From: an uncultured Verrucomicrobiae bacterium
Lineage (GTDB): Bacteria > Verrucomicrobiota > Verrucomicrobiia > Chthoniobacterales > JAATET01
Length of the DNA: 64,000 bases
Assembly: GCA_963719495.1 (NCBI GenBank)
Contig: CAVRCI010000002.1
Span: forward strand, 288,001-352,000
Direction of reading: 5' to 3'
Below are positions 18,581-27,954 of this stretch, piece after piece; the stretch's first letter is position 1, and every line of letters begins with the position of its first letter. The notes beneath the pieces are model-generated. The model was not told the origin of the DNA. It saw only the letters and a list, made by a program, of their open reading frames with translations, and ran no database searches. The translations under genes were made by a program, and so were the position numbers.

Positions 18581-20074
18581 ATGAAGCAGAACTCTCGCAT
18601 TGTTTCCCTGGGATCGGTCGCGGCCTTCGCGCTGGTCTGCGGTCCGGCTCAGTCCCAGATGCCGACGGCTCCCGCCCCGACGACGGGTGTGCCGCCCGGC
18701 GCTGTCGCGACGGCCCCGGCCTCGGTGAACCTCGCCAAGGGCCTCAGCGACGCCTTTGCGGATGTTTACGAGAAGGTGTCGCCGGGCGTGGTCGTGATCG
18801 AAGTCGCCGCCGAACGGCAACCTTCGGCGCAAGCGTCGGCCCTGCAGTTTTTCTTTCAAAATCAGGGTGGGTTCGATCAGCTTCCGCAAAATTATCCGCC
18901 GCAGATGAATCAGGGGTCCGGATTCATCATCACGAAGGACGGCTACATTCTCACGAACAACCACGTCTTGGGGGAAGGTGAGCCGGGGGAGATCAAGGTT
19001 ACGTTGCGGGATGGGCGGACGTTCGACGCGCAAATGATCGGAATGGACCCGGCGTCTGATCTGGCAGTGCTCAAGATCGAGGGTTCGAATCTGACGCCGG
19101 TCGAACTTGCGGATAGCGACAAGGTGCGGGTGGGCGAGTTTGCGTTTGCGCTCGGGGCACCCTACGACCTGCGGTATTCTTTCACGTTCGGCATCATCGG
19201 TGCCTTGGGGCGGACCGGGCTCACGGGTGGCCAGGATTACGAAGAATTCATCCAGACCGACGCGTCGATCAATCCCGGTAACAGCGGCGGGCCACTCGTC
19301 GACATCGACGGCCGGGTCGTCGGGGTGAACACCCTGATCAACGGCATCAATCGCGGACTGGGCTTCGCGATTCCGATCAATCTCGCGAAGGAAATCTCGT
19401 CCCAGCTCATCACGAACGGGCGGTTCATCCGTCCCTGGCTCGGCATCGGGATCCGGACGTTGGTCCGCGAGGAGGTTCAGCCGGGGGAATTCGGAGACCT
19501 CGAGAGTGGCGTGATCGTCATGCAGGTGCTGCCCTTGGGGCCATCGGCCCGGGCCGACCTGCGCCCGGCCGACGTGATCGTCACGGTCAACAAGACGACG
19601 GTCGAGACGGCGTCCGACCTCCAACGTGAAATTCTCAAACAGGAGGTCGGGCAGACCGTCGACCTCGAAGTGTGGCGGGATGGCCGGGTGGTCGAAGTGA
19701 ACGTGCAGACCGCCGAGCGCACGGATGGCCTCATGCGCGCGGCCAACTCATCGGGGCCGTTCAACGCCCCGCGACCGTTGATGCCATCCGTGCCGGATAC
19801 GACGGCGGGGCTCAAGGTCAAAACCCTCACCCCCGATCTGGCGATCGCGATGAAGGTGCAGTCGGAGCAGGGTGTGCTCGTCACGGAGGTGGCTCCCGGG
19901 AGTCCGGCGGACCTCGCGCGAATCGAGTCGGGCGACGTGATCACGTCGGTCGGGGCCGACCTCGTTCGCAACACGGACGAACTCGAGCGCGCGATTGAAA
20001 TCAACCGCGGCCGGGGTGTGACGCTCAAAATCAACCGAGGCGACAAGAAGACGTTTGCGATCCTCAAGCCGTAG
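18581..20074 (+). CDS. periplasmic trypsin-like serine protease with two PDZ domains (DegP/DegQ family)
   Basis: Motifs GSGFII, TNNHV, DLAVLK, IQTDASINPGNSGGPL; two PDZ domains. Confidence 0.95.
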   Translation: MKQNSRIVSLGSVAAFALVCGPAQSQMPTAPAPTTGVPPGAVATAPASVNLAKGLSDAFADVYEKVSPGVVVIEVAAERQPSAQASALQFFFQNQGGFDQLPQNYPPQMNQGSGFIITKDGYILTNNHVLGEGEPGEIKVTLRDGRTFDAQMIGMDPASDLAVLKIEGSNLTPVELADSDKVRVGEFAFALGAPYDLRYSFTFGIIGALGRTGLTGGQDYEEFIQTDASINPGNSGGPLVDIDGRVVGVNTLINGINRGLGFAIPINLAKEISSQLITNGRFIRPWLGIGIRTLVREEVQPGEFGDLESGVIVMQVLPLGPSARADLRPADVIVTVNKTTVETASDLQREILKQEVGQTVDLEVWRDGRVVEVNVQTAERTDGLMRAANSSGPFNAPRPLMPSVPDTTAGLKVKTLTPDLAIAMKVQSEQGVLVTEVAPGSPADLARIESGDVITSVGADLVRNTDELERAIEINRGRGVTLKINRGDKKTFAILKP

Positions 20075-20215
20075 ATTCATCGTTCGGTAGCCGACTCGCT
20101 GCGCGAGACGTCACGTGGAATTGTGCGTTCCACCGAAATGCGGGCTTCGAACGGGTGCTGAATGCACGGCTTTGGTTGCTGTGCCGTTCGCTCCCGGGTG
20201 CCCCGCGTCCAAACC

Positions 20216-20357
20216 CTCTCATTCTGAACGTAGTGAAGAGCCCTCGACCGCCTTTCACCTCTGGATTGCCAGTCGGAAAGGCAATCTCTGACTTACACCG
20301 CATCCCGCCCCGCCTGCCTGAGAAGCCAGAGATATTTCGCTTCGCTCAATATGACAG
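20216..20357 (-). repeat. ~150-bp MITE/REPIN-like element, copy 3 (inverted)
   Basis: The reverse complement aligns with 15234-15386 (e.g. ATTGCCTTTCCGA.TGGCAAT) with a short internal deletion. Confidence 0.85.
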
Positions 20358-20543
20358 CGGGGGTTGGAAGGAAGTGCGGGAGCGCGTTTTGTGGAGGAAC
20401 CGCGGTAACGCTGCTTGATATCGCGCAGTCTCTCCCCGGAATTTTTTCGCAAATCTGATCGCGGACCGGCTTCATCATTCGAACCTGTTTCGCAACGGTC
20501 GGGCTGGTCAGCCCCGTGACGTTTTGAATAGGGTCGGTGGGTA

Positions 20544-21170
20544 GTGAATCGGTTGTTGGTCGAGATTGGACGGAGTCAGCGGGTGGTCATCGTCCACGAG
20601 CTGAAGCGCTCGCAGGGATTGCCGGTCAAGGAACTCGCGCGGCGGCTCAAGATGAGCTACATGGGGATCAAGCAGCACTGCCTCGATCTCGAGCGTGACG
20701 GGTATCTCGACACGTGGCGGAATCCGCGACCGATCGGCCGCCCCGAAATGCTTTATCGGTTGACCCGAAAGGCGGACGAACTCTTTCCCACCGAATCGAA
20801 CGCGCTTTCGCTGCAGCTACTCGATTCGGCCAGGCAGCTCTTTGGACCGACCGCGCCATCGAAGCTGCTTTTGTTGTATTTCCGGCGAAAGGCGGACGAT
20901 TATTTGACCAAGGTCAAGGGAGAGGATGTCGAGGCGCGCGCAAAGTGGCTCGTGCGGCTGCGGGATCGTGAGGGTTGCATGGCGACTTTGGAGACGGCTC
21001 CAGGTCTGGCGATCATCGAGAGACACAGCCCGATTGCGGAGCTGTTGGCCACGTATCCCGAAACTGCGAAGCTGGAGCAGGATCTTGTTAGCAAGGTTTT
21101 GGGAGCAGGCGTTCGGCGCGAGACTCGGAGTGCGAGCGGGCTCTACGAGTGTCGATTCGTGCTCGGGTGA
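20544..21170 (+). CDS. winged-helix transcriptional regulator (SufR/ArsR-like)
   Basis: ELARRLKMSYMGIKQHCLDLERDG...GRP...YRLT; C-terminal C-R-F. Confidence 0.85.
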   Translation: MNRLLVEIGRSQRVVIVHELKRSQGLPVKELARRLKMSYMGIKQHCLDLERDGYLDTWRNPRPIGRPEMLYRLTRKADELFPTESNALSLQLLDSARQLFGPTAPSKLLLLYFRRKADDYLTKVKGEDVEARAKWLVRLRDREGCMATLETAPGLAIIERHSPIAELLATYPETAKLEQDLVSKVLGAGVRRETRSASGLYECRFVLG

Positions 21171-21230
21171 GTGGGAGGAGGCTCGTCAGCGGGCGTCGAA
21201 TTCATCGCCGAAGCGGATCCATCCAAACCC

Positions 21231-21478
21231 GGAGGGCGAGGCTCCCGCCGAGCCTTGATTGACGCACGGCACCCGCACGGAATCGAGCAGTTTCAAAGTA
21301 ACTGGCGACCTCGGCAAGAGGCGAAGAAAGCGGGGCGAGGACGTCTCGTCCTCGGAGTTTGGATCAGGAGGGCGGGACGCCCTCCCCCCGCTTGCTGGAT
21401 CGAATCGACCAATCAATTTGGCGCTCCAGCAGACGAATTTAAGGGGAAAACCACGGTTCGGCAGGCGCCTCACCCTCC
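21231..21478. repeat. inverted REP-like pair (family E)
   Basis: GGAGGGCGAGGCTCCCGCCGAGCC (21231-21254) and its near reverse complement GGTTCGGCAGGCGCCTCACCCTCC (21455-21478). Confidence 0.75.
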
Positions 21479-21530
21479 AATTCTAAAGGCCGTTTCGTCT
21501 CGAATGGCCGGCAATGCCGGATTAGTTTGG

Positions 21531-21555
21531 TTCGGCAATTGCAAATCGCCGCTCC
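21531..21555. repeat. REP-like family B (TTCGGCGATTGCAAATCGCCGCTCC)
   Basis: Further copies at 30421, 31901, 44297 and 50930, all in the same orientation. Confidence 0.8.
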
Positions 21556-21573
21556 TCGAAGGTCTGTCCGGGG

Positions 21574-21765
21574 CTACTCCTGGAAATACGTGGGTGGGGT
21601 TGTCGCGGTGGCTTCCGGCTCTTCGCCGGCCTGGACCTCTGCGTCGTGCTTCCCTTGGTCGTAGTTTTTGACGGTGGTCTCGGCCTTCTGCATTTCGCAG
21701 GCGGGCGTGAGGGTCAGAAGCGCGGCGGCACCGAAGCTGGTGACGAGGATGCGGGCGATTTTCAT
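21574..21765 (-). CDS. small lipoprotein
   Basis: MKIARILV...LTPAC lipobox-like signal; ATGA-coupled to khpA. Confidence 0.7.
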   Translation of the reverse strand: MKIARILVTSFGAAALLTLTPACEMQKAETTVKNYDQGKHDAEVQAGEEPEATATTPPTYFQE

Positions 21766-21992
21766 TCGGTGATTTCGAGTCCGACTTTGAGGTCTTTCTT
21801 CTGTCCGGAGGCGCGGAGGAGGGTGCGGAGGGCCTGAATGGTGTGGCCGCCCTTGCCGACGACCGTGGCGATGTCGGATTGCCGCATCGCGAGGTGGTAG
21901 GTGACCTCGCCGGGTTGCTCGTCCTTGGTGATCACGACGTCGGCCGGGAACTCGACCAGCTGGGCGAGGACGTATTTGAGGAATTCTTCCAT
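21762..21992 (-). CDS. khpA: KH-domain RNA-binding protein
   Basis: LVEFPADV...DIATVVGKGGHTIQALRTLL; lies downstream of rpsP. Confidence 0.9.
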   Translation of the reverse strand: MEEFLKYVLAQLVEFPADVVITKDEQPGEVTYHLAMRQSDIATVVGKGGHTIQALRTLLRASGQKKDLKVGLEITE

Positions 21993-22056
21993 CTCGGGCC
22001 GGTCGGATTGCGGGGTGGCGGGGCGTCGTTACCTCCGCTTTTCCGTGTCTAGTCGC

Positions 22057-22311
22057 TTAGGCGGCGACTTCGGTCTGTTTGCGGGCTTTGTTGATGATGT
22101 TGCCGACGGTCGGCGACGGGCGGGCGCCGACGCTGGTCCAGTAGTCGGCGCGATCGAGGGCGATCTTGTAGTTCTCGCCTTCCTTCTTGGGATCGTAGGT
22201 GCCGATGATTTCGATGAAACGTCCGTCGCGGGGCTTGCGCTGATCGGCGACGACGATCTTGTAAAACGGGTGATTGCGGGCGCCTTCGCGCTTGAGTCGG
22301 ATGACTACCAT
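22057..22311 (-). CDS. rpsP: 30S ribosomal protein S16
   Basis: IRLKREG..NHPFYKIVVADQRKPRDGRFIEIIGTYDP. Confidence 0.97.
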   Translation of the reverse strand: MVVIRLKREGARNHPFYKIVVADQRKPRDGRFIEIIGTYDPKKEGENYKIALDRADYWTSVGARPSPTVGNIINKARKQTEVAA

Positions 22312-22315
22312 GAGG

Positions 22316-22346
22316 TGGTTGTTGGTTGTTGGTTGTTGGTTATTGG
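22316..22346. repeat. period-7 tandem repeat (TGGTTGT)
   Basis: tggttgt x3, tggttat, tgg immediately 5' of the rpsP start. Confidence 0.8.
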
Positions 22347-22371
22347 AAAAATTCCGAGCGCCTTTGGCGCT

Positions 22372-23712
22372 CTATCTTGGTAGGCCGGGGAGGCCGGATT
22401 TCTGGGCTTGGGCCATCATTTTCTTCATGCCGCCGCCGCTCATCTTTTTCATCATCTTCCTCATTTGGCCGAAGCGCTGGAGGAGGGTGTTGACCTCGGT
22501 GACGGTGACGCCGCTGCCTCGGGCGACCCTTTGGCGGCGCCGGGCGTTGAGTAATTCCGGCCTGGCGCGTTCCTTGGGAGTCATGGAGAGAATGATCGCC
22601 TCCACCCGTTTCATCTGGCCCTCGTCAATCGAGGAATCGGGAAGCTTACCCATGCCGGGGATCATGCCAAGTAGATTCTCCAAGGGGCCCATGCGTTTGA
22701 GCATCTTGAATTGCTGGAGAAAGTCCTCGAGGTCGAACGTGGCCGTCTTCAGTTTGCGTTCGAGGCGGGCGGCGTCCTCCTCGGTGATGGCGCTGGCGGC
22801 CTTTTCGACGAGCGAGACAACGTCGCCCATGCCGAGGATGCGGCTGGCGAGGCGGTCGGGGTGGAAGGGCTCGAATTGATCGAGCTTCTCGCCGTTGCCG
22901 GCAAATTTGATGGGCCGCTGGGTGACGGCGCGGAGCGAGAGGGCGGCACCGCCGCGGGCGTCGCCGTCGAGCTTGGTGAGGATGATGCCGGTGAGGCCGA
23001 GGGCGGCGTGGAAGTGCTCGGCGACGGAGACGGCCTGCTGACCGGTGGCGGCGTCGCAGACGAGGAGGACTTCCTGTGGGTTGAGCAATTCCTTGAGGGC
23101 CTTGATTTCGGCGATAAGCGGTTCGTCGATTTCCTGGCGTCCGGCGGTGTCGAAGATCTGGACGTTGCCGCCATTTTCGGTGCCCCAGGCGAGGGCGCGT
23201 TTGGCGACGGCGAGGACGTCCTTTTCGGCGGGATCGGGGGCGAAGACGGGGACGTCGACCTGGCCGGCGAGGGTGACGAGTTGGTCGATGGCGGCGGGGC
23301 GGACGAGATCGCAGGCTATGAGGTTCGGCGTGCGCCCTTGGGATTTCAGCCAGCGGGCGAGCTTGGCCGAGGACGTGGTCTTGCCGGCACCGTTGAGGCC
23401 GACGACGAGGATGCGGGCGGGCTTGTCGAGGTTGAGCGGTTCGCTGTCGCCGCCGAGCAGGGCGATGAGTTCGTCCTGGAAGATTTTGATGATCTGCTGG
23501 CCGGGCGTGACGCTGCGGGTGACGTCCTCGCCGAGCGCCTTCGTTTTGACACTGGCGATGAAGTCTTTGGCGACCTGGAAGTGGACGTCGGCGTCGAGGA
23601 GGGCGAGGCGCACCTCGCGAAGGGCGGTGTTGATGTTCGTCTCCGTGATGGCGCCCTGGCCACGGAGGTCCTTGAAGACATCCTGGAGTTTGTCGGAGAG
23701 GCGGTTGAACAT
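22372..23712 (-). CDS. ffh: signal recognition particle protein
   Basis: GLNGAGKTT, DTAGR, TKLDGDARGG, RILGMGD; Met-rich M domain. Confidence 0.97.
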   Translation of the reverse strand: MFNRLSDKLQDVFKDLRGQGAITETNINTALREVRLALLDADVHFQVAKDFIASVKTKALGEDVTRSVTPGQQIIKIFQDELIALLGGDSEPLNLDKPARILVVGLNGAGKTTSSAKLARWLKSQGRTPNLIACDLVRPAAIDQLVTLAGQVDVPVFAPDPAEKDVLAVAKRALAWGTENGGNVQIFDTAGRQEIDEPLIAEIKALKELLNPQEVLLVCDAATGQQAVSVAEHFHAALGLTGIILTKLDGDARGGAALSLRAVTQRPIKFAGNGEKLDQFEPFHPDRLASRILGMGDVVSLVEKAASAITEEDAARLERKLKTATFDLEDFLQQFKMLKRMGPLENLLGMIPGMGKLPDSSIDEGQMKRVEAIILSMTPKERARPELLNARRRQRVARGSGVTVTEVNTLLQRFGQMRKMMKKMSGGGMKKMMAQAQKSGLPGLPR

Positions 23713-23714
23713 GG

Positions 23715-23749
23715 GATTTATGATTTATGATTTACCATTGATGATTTGG
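23715..23749. repeat. period-7 tandem repeat (GATTTAT)
   Basis: gatttat gatttat gatttac cattgat gatttgg fills the thiS-ffh gap. Confidence 0.8.
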
Positions 23750-23753
23750 TAGA

Positions 23754-23951
23754 TCAGCCGCCTGCGGCGATTTTGAGGAGTTCGATTCGGTCGCCCTCGG
23801 TGATGGCCATCGTCGGCCACTCGGTGCGGTGGAGCGCTTGGCCGTTGTGCTCGATCAGGAGCGTTTCGGGTGGGTGGGGGAGTTCGTTGGCCAGGGCGGT
23901 GATGGTGGTGGCGCTCGTCTGGTGCGGTTGGCCGTTGAGGTGGACGGTCAC
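23754..23951 (-). CDS. thiS: sulfur carrier protein ThiS
   Basis: GTG 23951, VTVHLNG...IEHNG...EGDRIELLKIAAGG, ending in GG. Confidence 0.88.
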   Translation of the reverse strand: MTVHLNGQPHQTSATTITALANELPHPPETLLIEHNGQALHRTEWPTMAITEGDRIELLKIAAGG

Positions 23952-23958
23952 TCGTTTT

Positions 23959-24441
23959 TTAGAATCCCTGCGTGCGGGCGAGGGATTGGAGTTTTTCCTG
24001 GAAGGCCATGACGTCGGCTTCGGTCGGGCGGTAGCCGGGAGTGTCGGCGTTGAGGCCGAGGCGACCCATCTGGTCGAGATACCAACCGGCGCTTTGGCCG
24101 TCGGAGAAGGTGACCTTGCCACTGATCATGGCGTCGGGTCGGGTGATTTGGTCGACCGTGACCGTGACGGCTCCGCCGGAGCCGACGGGTGGGAGAATTT
24201 CGTCGGGGGGGAGGCCGTCGGCTGGAGCGGTGGGGGTGGGCGGCGTGGCGTCCGGAGCCGGTGGGGCGGGCTCTTCCTCGGCCTTGAGGGTGAGTCGGAG
24301 GTCGTCGACGAGGAAGCGGGTCTCCATGTAGGTGGCGGTGATTTCGAATTCCTCGCGGAGGCGGCGTTGCACGTCGGAGAGCGATTCGCCGCTTTCGATC
24401 CAGCTGGCAACGGAGGAGTTTTGGTCGTCGGTAAGAGTCAT
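23959..24441 (-). CDS. conserved hypothetical protein
   Basis: 160 aa, two domains joined by a Pro-rich linker (W...G.SLS.VQ..L..EF; WYLDQMGRLG). Confidence 0.75.
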   Translation of the reverse strand: MTLTDDQNSSVASWIESGESLSDVQRRLREEFEITATYMETRFLVDDLRLTLKAEEEPAPPAPDATPPTPTAPADGLPPDEILPPVGSGGAVTVTVDQITRPDAMISGKVTFSDGQSAGWYLDQMGRLGLNADTPGYRPTEADVMAFQEKLQSLARTQGF

Positions 24442-24542
24442 GGAGCCCGCGACCGTCGTCGCATTCGTTTCAAATGTGGAGCGGAAAAATCCAAGCTGAG
24501 TTTTCGGCTTTTCGTTTTTCGTTTTCGGTTTTGACTCCGGGG

Positions 24543-26183
24543 ATGATGTCCGACGATTGCGACGTTCTGATCGTGGGGGCGGGACCGGTCGGTTTGGCGC
24601 TGGGGATTCAGTGCCGACGCTTCGGGGTGCGGGTGCGGGTGATCGAAATGCGGTCCGAGCCTTCGCCGCATTCGCGGGCGCTGGCGCTGTGGAGCGCGGC
24701 GTTGGAAGCGCTGGAGTCGATGGGGTGTGCGGGTGGGATCATTGCGGCTGGAAACGAGGTGCGGGAGATCCGGATCACGGCGGAGGCTTCGCCGTTGGCG
24801 ACGATGGACGTGGCGCACGGGGTGGAATCTCGTTACCCACTGCCGATGCTGCTGCCGCAGTCGGAGACCGAGCGGATTCTCACGGAGCGGTTGAGCGAAT
24901 TGGGGGTGGAAATCGAGCGCGGGGTGCAGCTGGTGTCGTTTGCGGAGGCGGATGGCGGTGTGACGAGCGTGTTGCGGGACTCGGAGGGTGAGACGTCGAA
25001 GGCGGGGTCGCGCTGGATTGCGGGATGCGACGGGATGCACAGCACGGTGCGGCGCGGAGCCGGGATCGACTTTTTGGGGGCTGTCGCCGAGGAGAGCTTT
25101 GCCCTGGGCGACGTCGAAATCGATCAGGATCTCGAGATCGACGTCGTGCGGATCGACTGGTCACGGGACGGGGCGCTGGCTTTGTTTCCGGTCGTTCCGG
25201 GGACTTGGCGGATCGTGGCGAACCGCCGGGGAGATCAGTGGGGGAATGGGGTGCCGACGGTCGAGGAGCTGGAGGCGCACTTGAAGGCGCACGGGCGCGG
25301 GGATTGGACTTTGTCGAATCCGACTTGGTTGTCGGCGTTTCGGGTGAGCGAGCGACGGGCGAGCGCGTTCCGCAAGGGACCGGTGATGTTGCTCGGCGAC
25401 GCGGCGCACGTGCACAGCCCGGCCGGGGGGCAGGGGATGAACACCGGGATTCAGGATGCGTTCAATCTGGGGTGGAAACTCGGTTTGCTGGCAGCGGGGC
25501 GCGGGGACGAGGAGGAGCTGTTGACGAGTTACGACGTTGAGCGCTCGGCGGTCGCGGCGATGGTGCTCGAAGCGGCGGCCAAGCGGACGAAGATGAGCCT
25601 GGTGCGGAATCCCGTGTTGCGGGCGGCGCGCAATACGGCCGTGCGAGTGAAAGCCAAAACCGAGCAGTTTCAGGATCAGTTTGCGTCGGAGCTTTCGGGT
25701 CTCAAAATTACTTACGCGGAAAGCCCGGTGATCGACACCGATTCGGCGTGGCACGAGGACTGGCGGTCGCACGGATTTCCGGCGGGATCCCGGGTCCGGG
25801 GCGTGGATGTGTATTGTCCGCGGCGGAGGGCGACGATCGCGCTGCTCGACGAGATGGCCGGGGGCGGGCACGCGGTGTTGCTGTTTTCGGGGCGGAAGCC
25901 GGACAAGGAGGACGCGGAGGCGCTGCGGTGGTTCGAGGCGCGGGTGCGTGACTTGGGTGGCGACTCGGAGAAGTTCGTGCGGGTGTGGCGAGGTTCGCGC
26001 GCGCCGGACGGCGAGGAGTGGTTGCTCGACGGCAAGGCGGAGGCGCACCTGCGGTATGGGGTGGAGCTGCCGGCGGCTTACGTAGTGCGGCCGGATGGGT
26101 TCGTGGCGTTCCGGTGTTCGCCTTTGAACGCGGAGTTGATGGCGGGGTATGCGGAGGTCGTGCTGGGGAGGGACGGAAGGTAG
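24543..26183 (+). CDS. FAD-dependent monooxygenase (aromatic hydroxylase-like)
   Basis: GAGPVG, GCDGMHSTVR, LLGDAAHVHSPAGGQGMNTGIQDAFNLGWKL, VRPDG. Confidence 0.92.
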   Translation: MMSDDCDVLIVGAGPVGLALGIQCRRFGVRVRVIEMRSEPSPHSRALALWSAALEALESMGCAGGIIAAGNEVREIRITAEASPLATMDVAHGVESRYPLPMLLPQSETERILTERLSELGVEIERGVQLVSFAEADGGVTSVLRDSEGETSKAGSRWIAGCDGMHSTVRRGAGIDFLGAVAEESFALGDVEIDQDLEIDVVRIDWSRDGALALFPVVPGTWRIVANRRGDQWGNGVPTVEELEAHLKAHGRGDWTLSNPTWLSAFRVSERRASAFRKGPVMLLGDAAHVHSPAGGQGMNTGIQDAFNLGWKLGLLAAGRGDEEELLTSYDVERSAVAAMVLEAAAKRTKMSLVRNPVLRAARNTAVRVKAKTEQFQDQFASELSGLKITYAESPVIDTDSAWHEDWRSHGFPAGSRVRGVDVYCPRRRATIALLDEMAGGGHAVLLFSGRKPDKEDAEALRWFEARVRDLGGDSEKFVRVWRGSRAPDGEEWLLDGKAEAHLRYGVELPAAYVVRPDGFVAFRCSPLNAELMAGYAEVVLGRDGR

Positions 26184-26203
26184 CTAAAATGCAATACAAT
26201 GAA

Positions 26204-26317
26204 TTTGAACAGAAGGGCGCAAAGGTCGCGAAGGGATGAGAAGAATGAAAGGGGGGTGAGGCTTGGGCGAAGCCCAAGCCTCATCCCCTTTGCGAACTTT
26301 GCGACCTTCTTTTCAAA
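26204..26317. repeat. nested inverted repeats (family F-like) between convergent genes; probable terminator
   Basis: TTTGAACAGAAGGGCGCAAAGGTCGCGAAGGG / CCTTTGCGAACTTTGCGACCTTCTTTTCAAA enclose the perfect hairpin GAGGCTTGGGC-GAA-GCCCAAGCCTC. Confidence 0.75.
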
Positions 26318-26325
26318 AGCACTTA

Positions 26326-27879
26326 TTAACTTAGCTTTACGTAGGGCATGAGGCCGTGGAGGCCGCCTTCCCGGCCGAAGCCGCTTTCCTTGTAGCCGCC
26401 GAAGGGACTGGTGGGGTCGAATTTGTTGAACGTGTTCGCCCAGACGATTCCGGCTCTTAGCCTGGCGGCGATTTTGAAGATTTTGCTGCCTTTGTCGGTC
26501 CACACTCCGGCGCTGAGGCCGTAAGGGGTGTTGTTGGCCCGCTCGATGGCTTCCTCGGGGGTGCGGAAGGTCATGACGCTGAGCACCGGGCCGAAGATTT
26601 CCTCCCGGGCGATGCGGTGGGCGGCGGTGACTCCGGTGAAGAAGCTGGGGGGGAAGAAGTAGCCTTGCTTGGGCAGGCTGCATTTCGGCTGGATGAGTTC
26701 GGCTCCTTCGGCGACTCCGCTGTCGACGAGTTCATGGATGCGGGCGAGTTGGGCGGCGCTGTTGATCGCACCGATGTCGGTGTTTTTGTCGAGCGGGTCG
26801 CCGACTCGGAGGGTCGAGATGCGGTCGCGGAGGCGGCGGACGACTTCGTCGTGGATGGATTCCTGGACGAGCAGGCGGGAACCGGCGCAGCAGACGTGGC
26901 CCTGGTTGAAGTAGATGCCGCCGATGATGCCTTCGACGGCCTGCTCGATCGGGGCGTCGGCGAAGACGATGTTGGCGGCTTTGCCACCGAGTTCGAGGGT
27001 CAGTTTCTTACCGGTTCCGGCGAGGTCGGCGGCGATGCGTTTGCCGACGGCGGTGCTGCCGGTGAAGGCGACTTTGTCGACGTCGGAGTGATTGACGAGG
27101 GCGGCTCCGGTCTCGCCGGCTCCGGTGACGATGTTGACGACGCCGTCGGGGAGGCCGGCTTCCTGGAAGATGCGGGCAAGGTGGAGGGCGGTGAGGGACG
27201 TGGTCTCGGCGGGCTTGAGGACGCAGGTGTTGCCGGTCGCGAGGGCGGGGGCGAGCTTCCACGCGGCCATGAGGAGCGGGAAATTCCACGGGATCACCTG
27301 TCCGGCAACGCCGAGCGGGGCGGCGGTGCGGCCGGGGAAGGCGTAGGCAAGCTTGTCAGCCCAGCCGGCGTAGTAGAAGAAGTGGGCGGCGACGAGCGGC
27401 AGATCGACGTCGCGGCTTTCCTTGATCGTCTTGCCGCCGTCCATGGATTCGAGGACGGCGAGTTCGCGGGATTTTTCCTGGATGAGTCGGGCGATGCGGA
27501 AGAGGTATTTGCCGCGTTCGCGGCCGGACATGGGGCCCCAGACTTTGGTTTGGGCGCGGCGGGCGGCGGCGACGGCGCGGTTGACGTCCTCGGCGTTGGC
27601 GAGGGCGACGGAGGCGAGTTTTTTCCCGGTGGCCGGGTTGATGGTGTCGAAGTGCTGACCGGAGGCCGGGGCGGTGAATTGGCCGTCGATGAAGAGGTTG
27701 TAGGTGGGGTCGATCTTGACCGGCGTGGTCTCGGGGGCGGGGGCGTAGGCCCAGGTGCCGAGCTTGAGGTGGCGGTCGGCCGCGGGCACCGGGTCGGCGG
27801 CGAGCTGGTGGGCGGCGGCGTTCGGGTGGCGGTCGGTCTTCGCGGGGGCGCGCTTGGATTTCATGGCGGTTTTCGGCAT
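26326..27879 (-). CDS. aldehyde dehydrogenase (probably acetaldehyde, DeoC-linked)
   Basis: PWNFP, FTGST, LELGGK, NQGHVCCAGSR, EEIFGP, FGGYKESGFGRE. Start could be 27864. Confidence 0.93.
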   Translation of the reverse strand: MPKTAMKSKRAPAKTDRHPNAAAHQLAADPVPAADRHLKLGTWAYAPAPETTPVKIDPTYNLFIDGQFTAPASGQHFDTINPATGKKLASVALANAEDVNRAVAAARRAQTKVWGPMSGRERGKYLFRIARLIQEKSRELAVLESMDGGKTIKESRDVDLPLVAAHFFYYAGWADKLAYAFPGRTAAPLGVAGQVIPWNFPLLMAAWKLAPALATGNTCVLKPAETTSLTALHLARIFQEAGLPDGVVNIVTGAGETGAALVNHSDVDKVAFTGSTAVGKRIAADLAGTGKKLTLELGGKAANIVFADAPIEQAVEGIIGGIYFNQGHVCCAGSRLLVQESIHDEVVRRLRDRISTLRVGDPLDKNTDIGAINSAAQLARIHELVDSGVAEGAELIQPKCSLPKQGYFFPPSFFTGVTAAHRIAREEIFGPVLSVMTFRTPEEAIERANNTPYGLSAGVWTDKGSKIFKIAARLRAGIVWANTFNKFDPTSPFGGYKESGFGREGGLHGLMPYVKLS

Positions 27880-27954
27880 GGGGTGGTGGAGAGTTTTAAG
27901 TTTTAAAGAATTAAGAATTAAGTCGGATGCGGACTCGCAAGCGGGATGCTTGCG

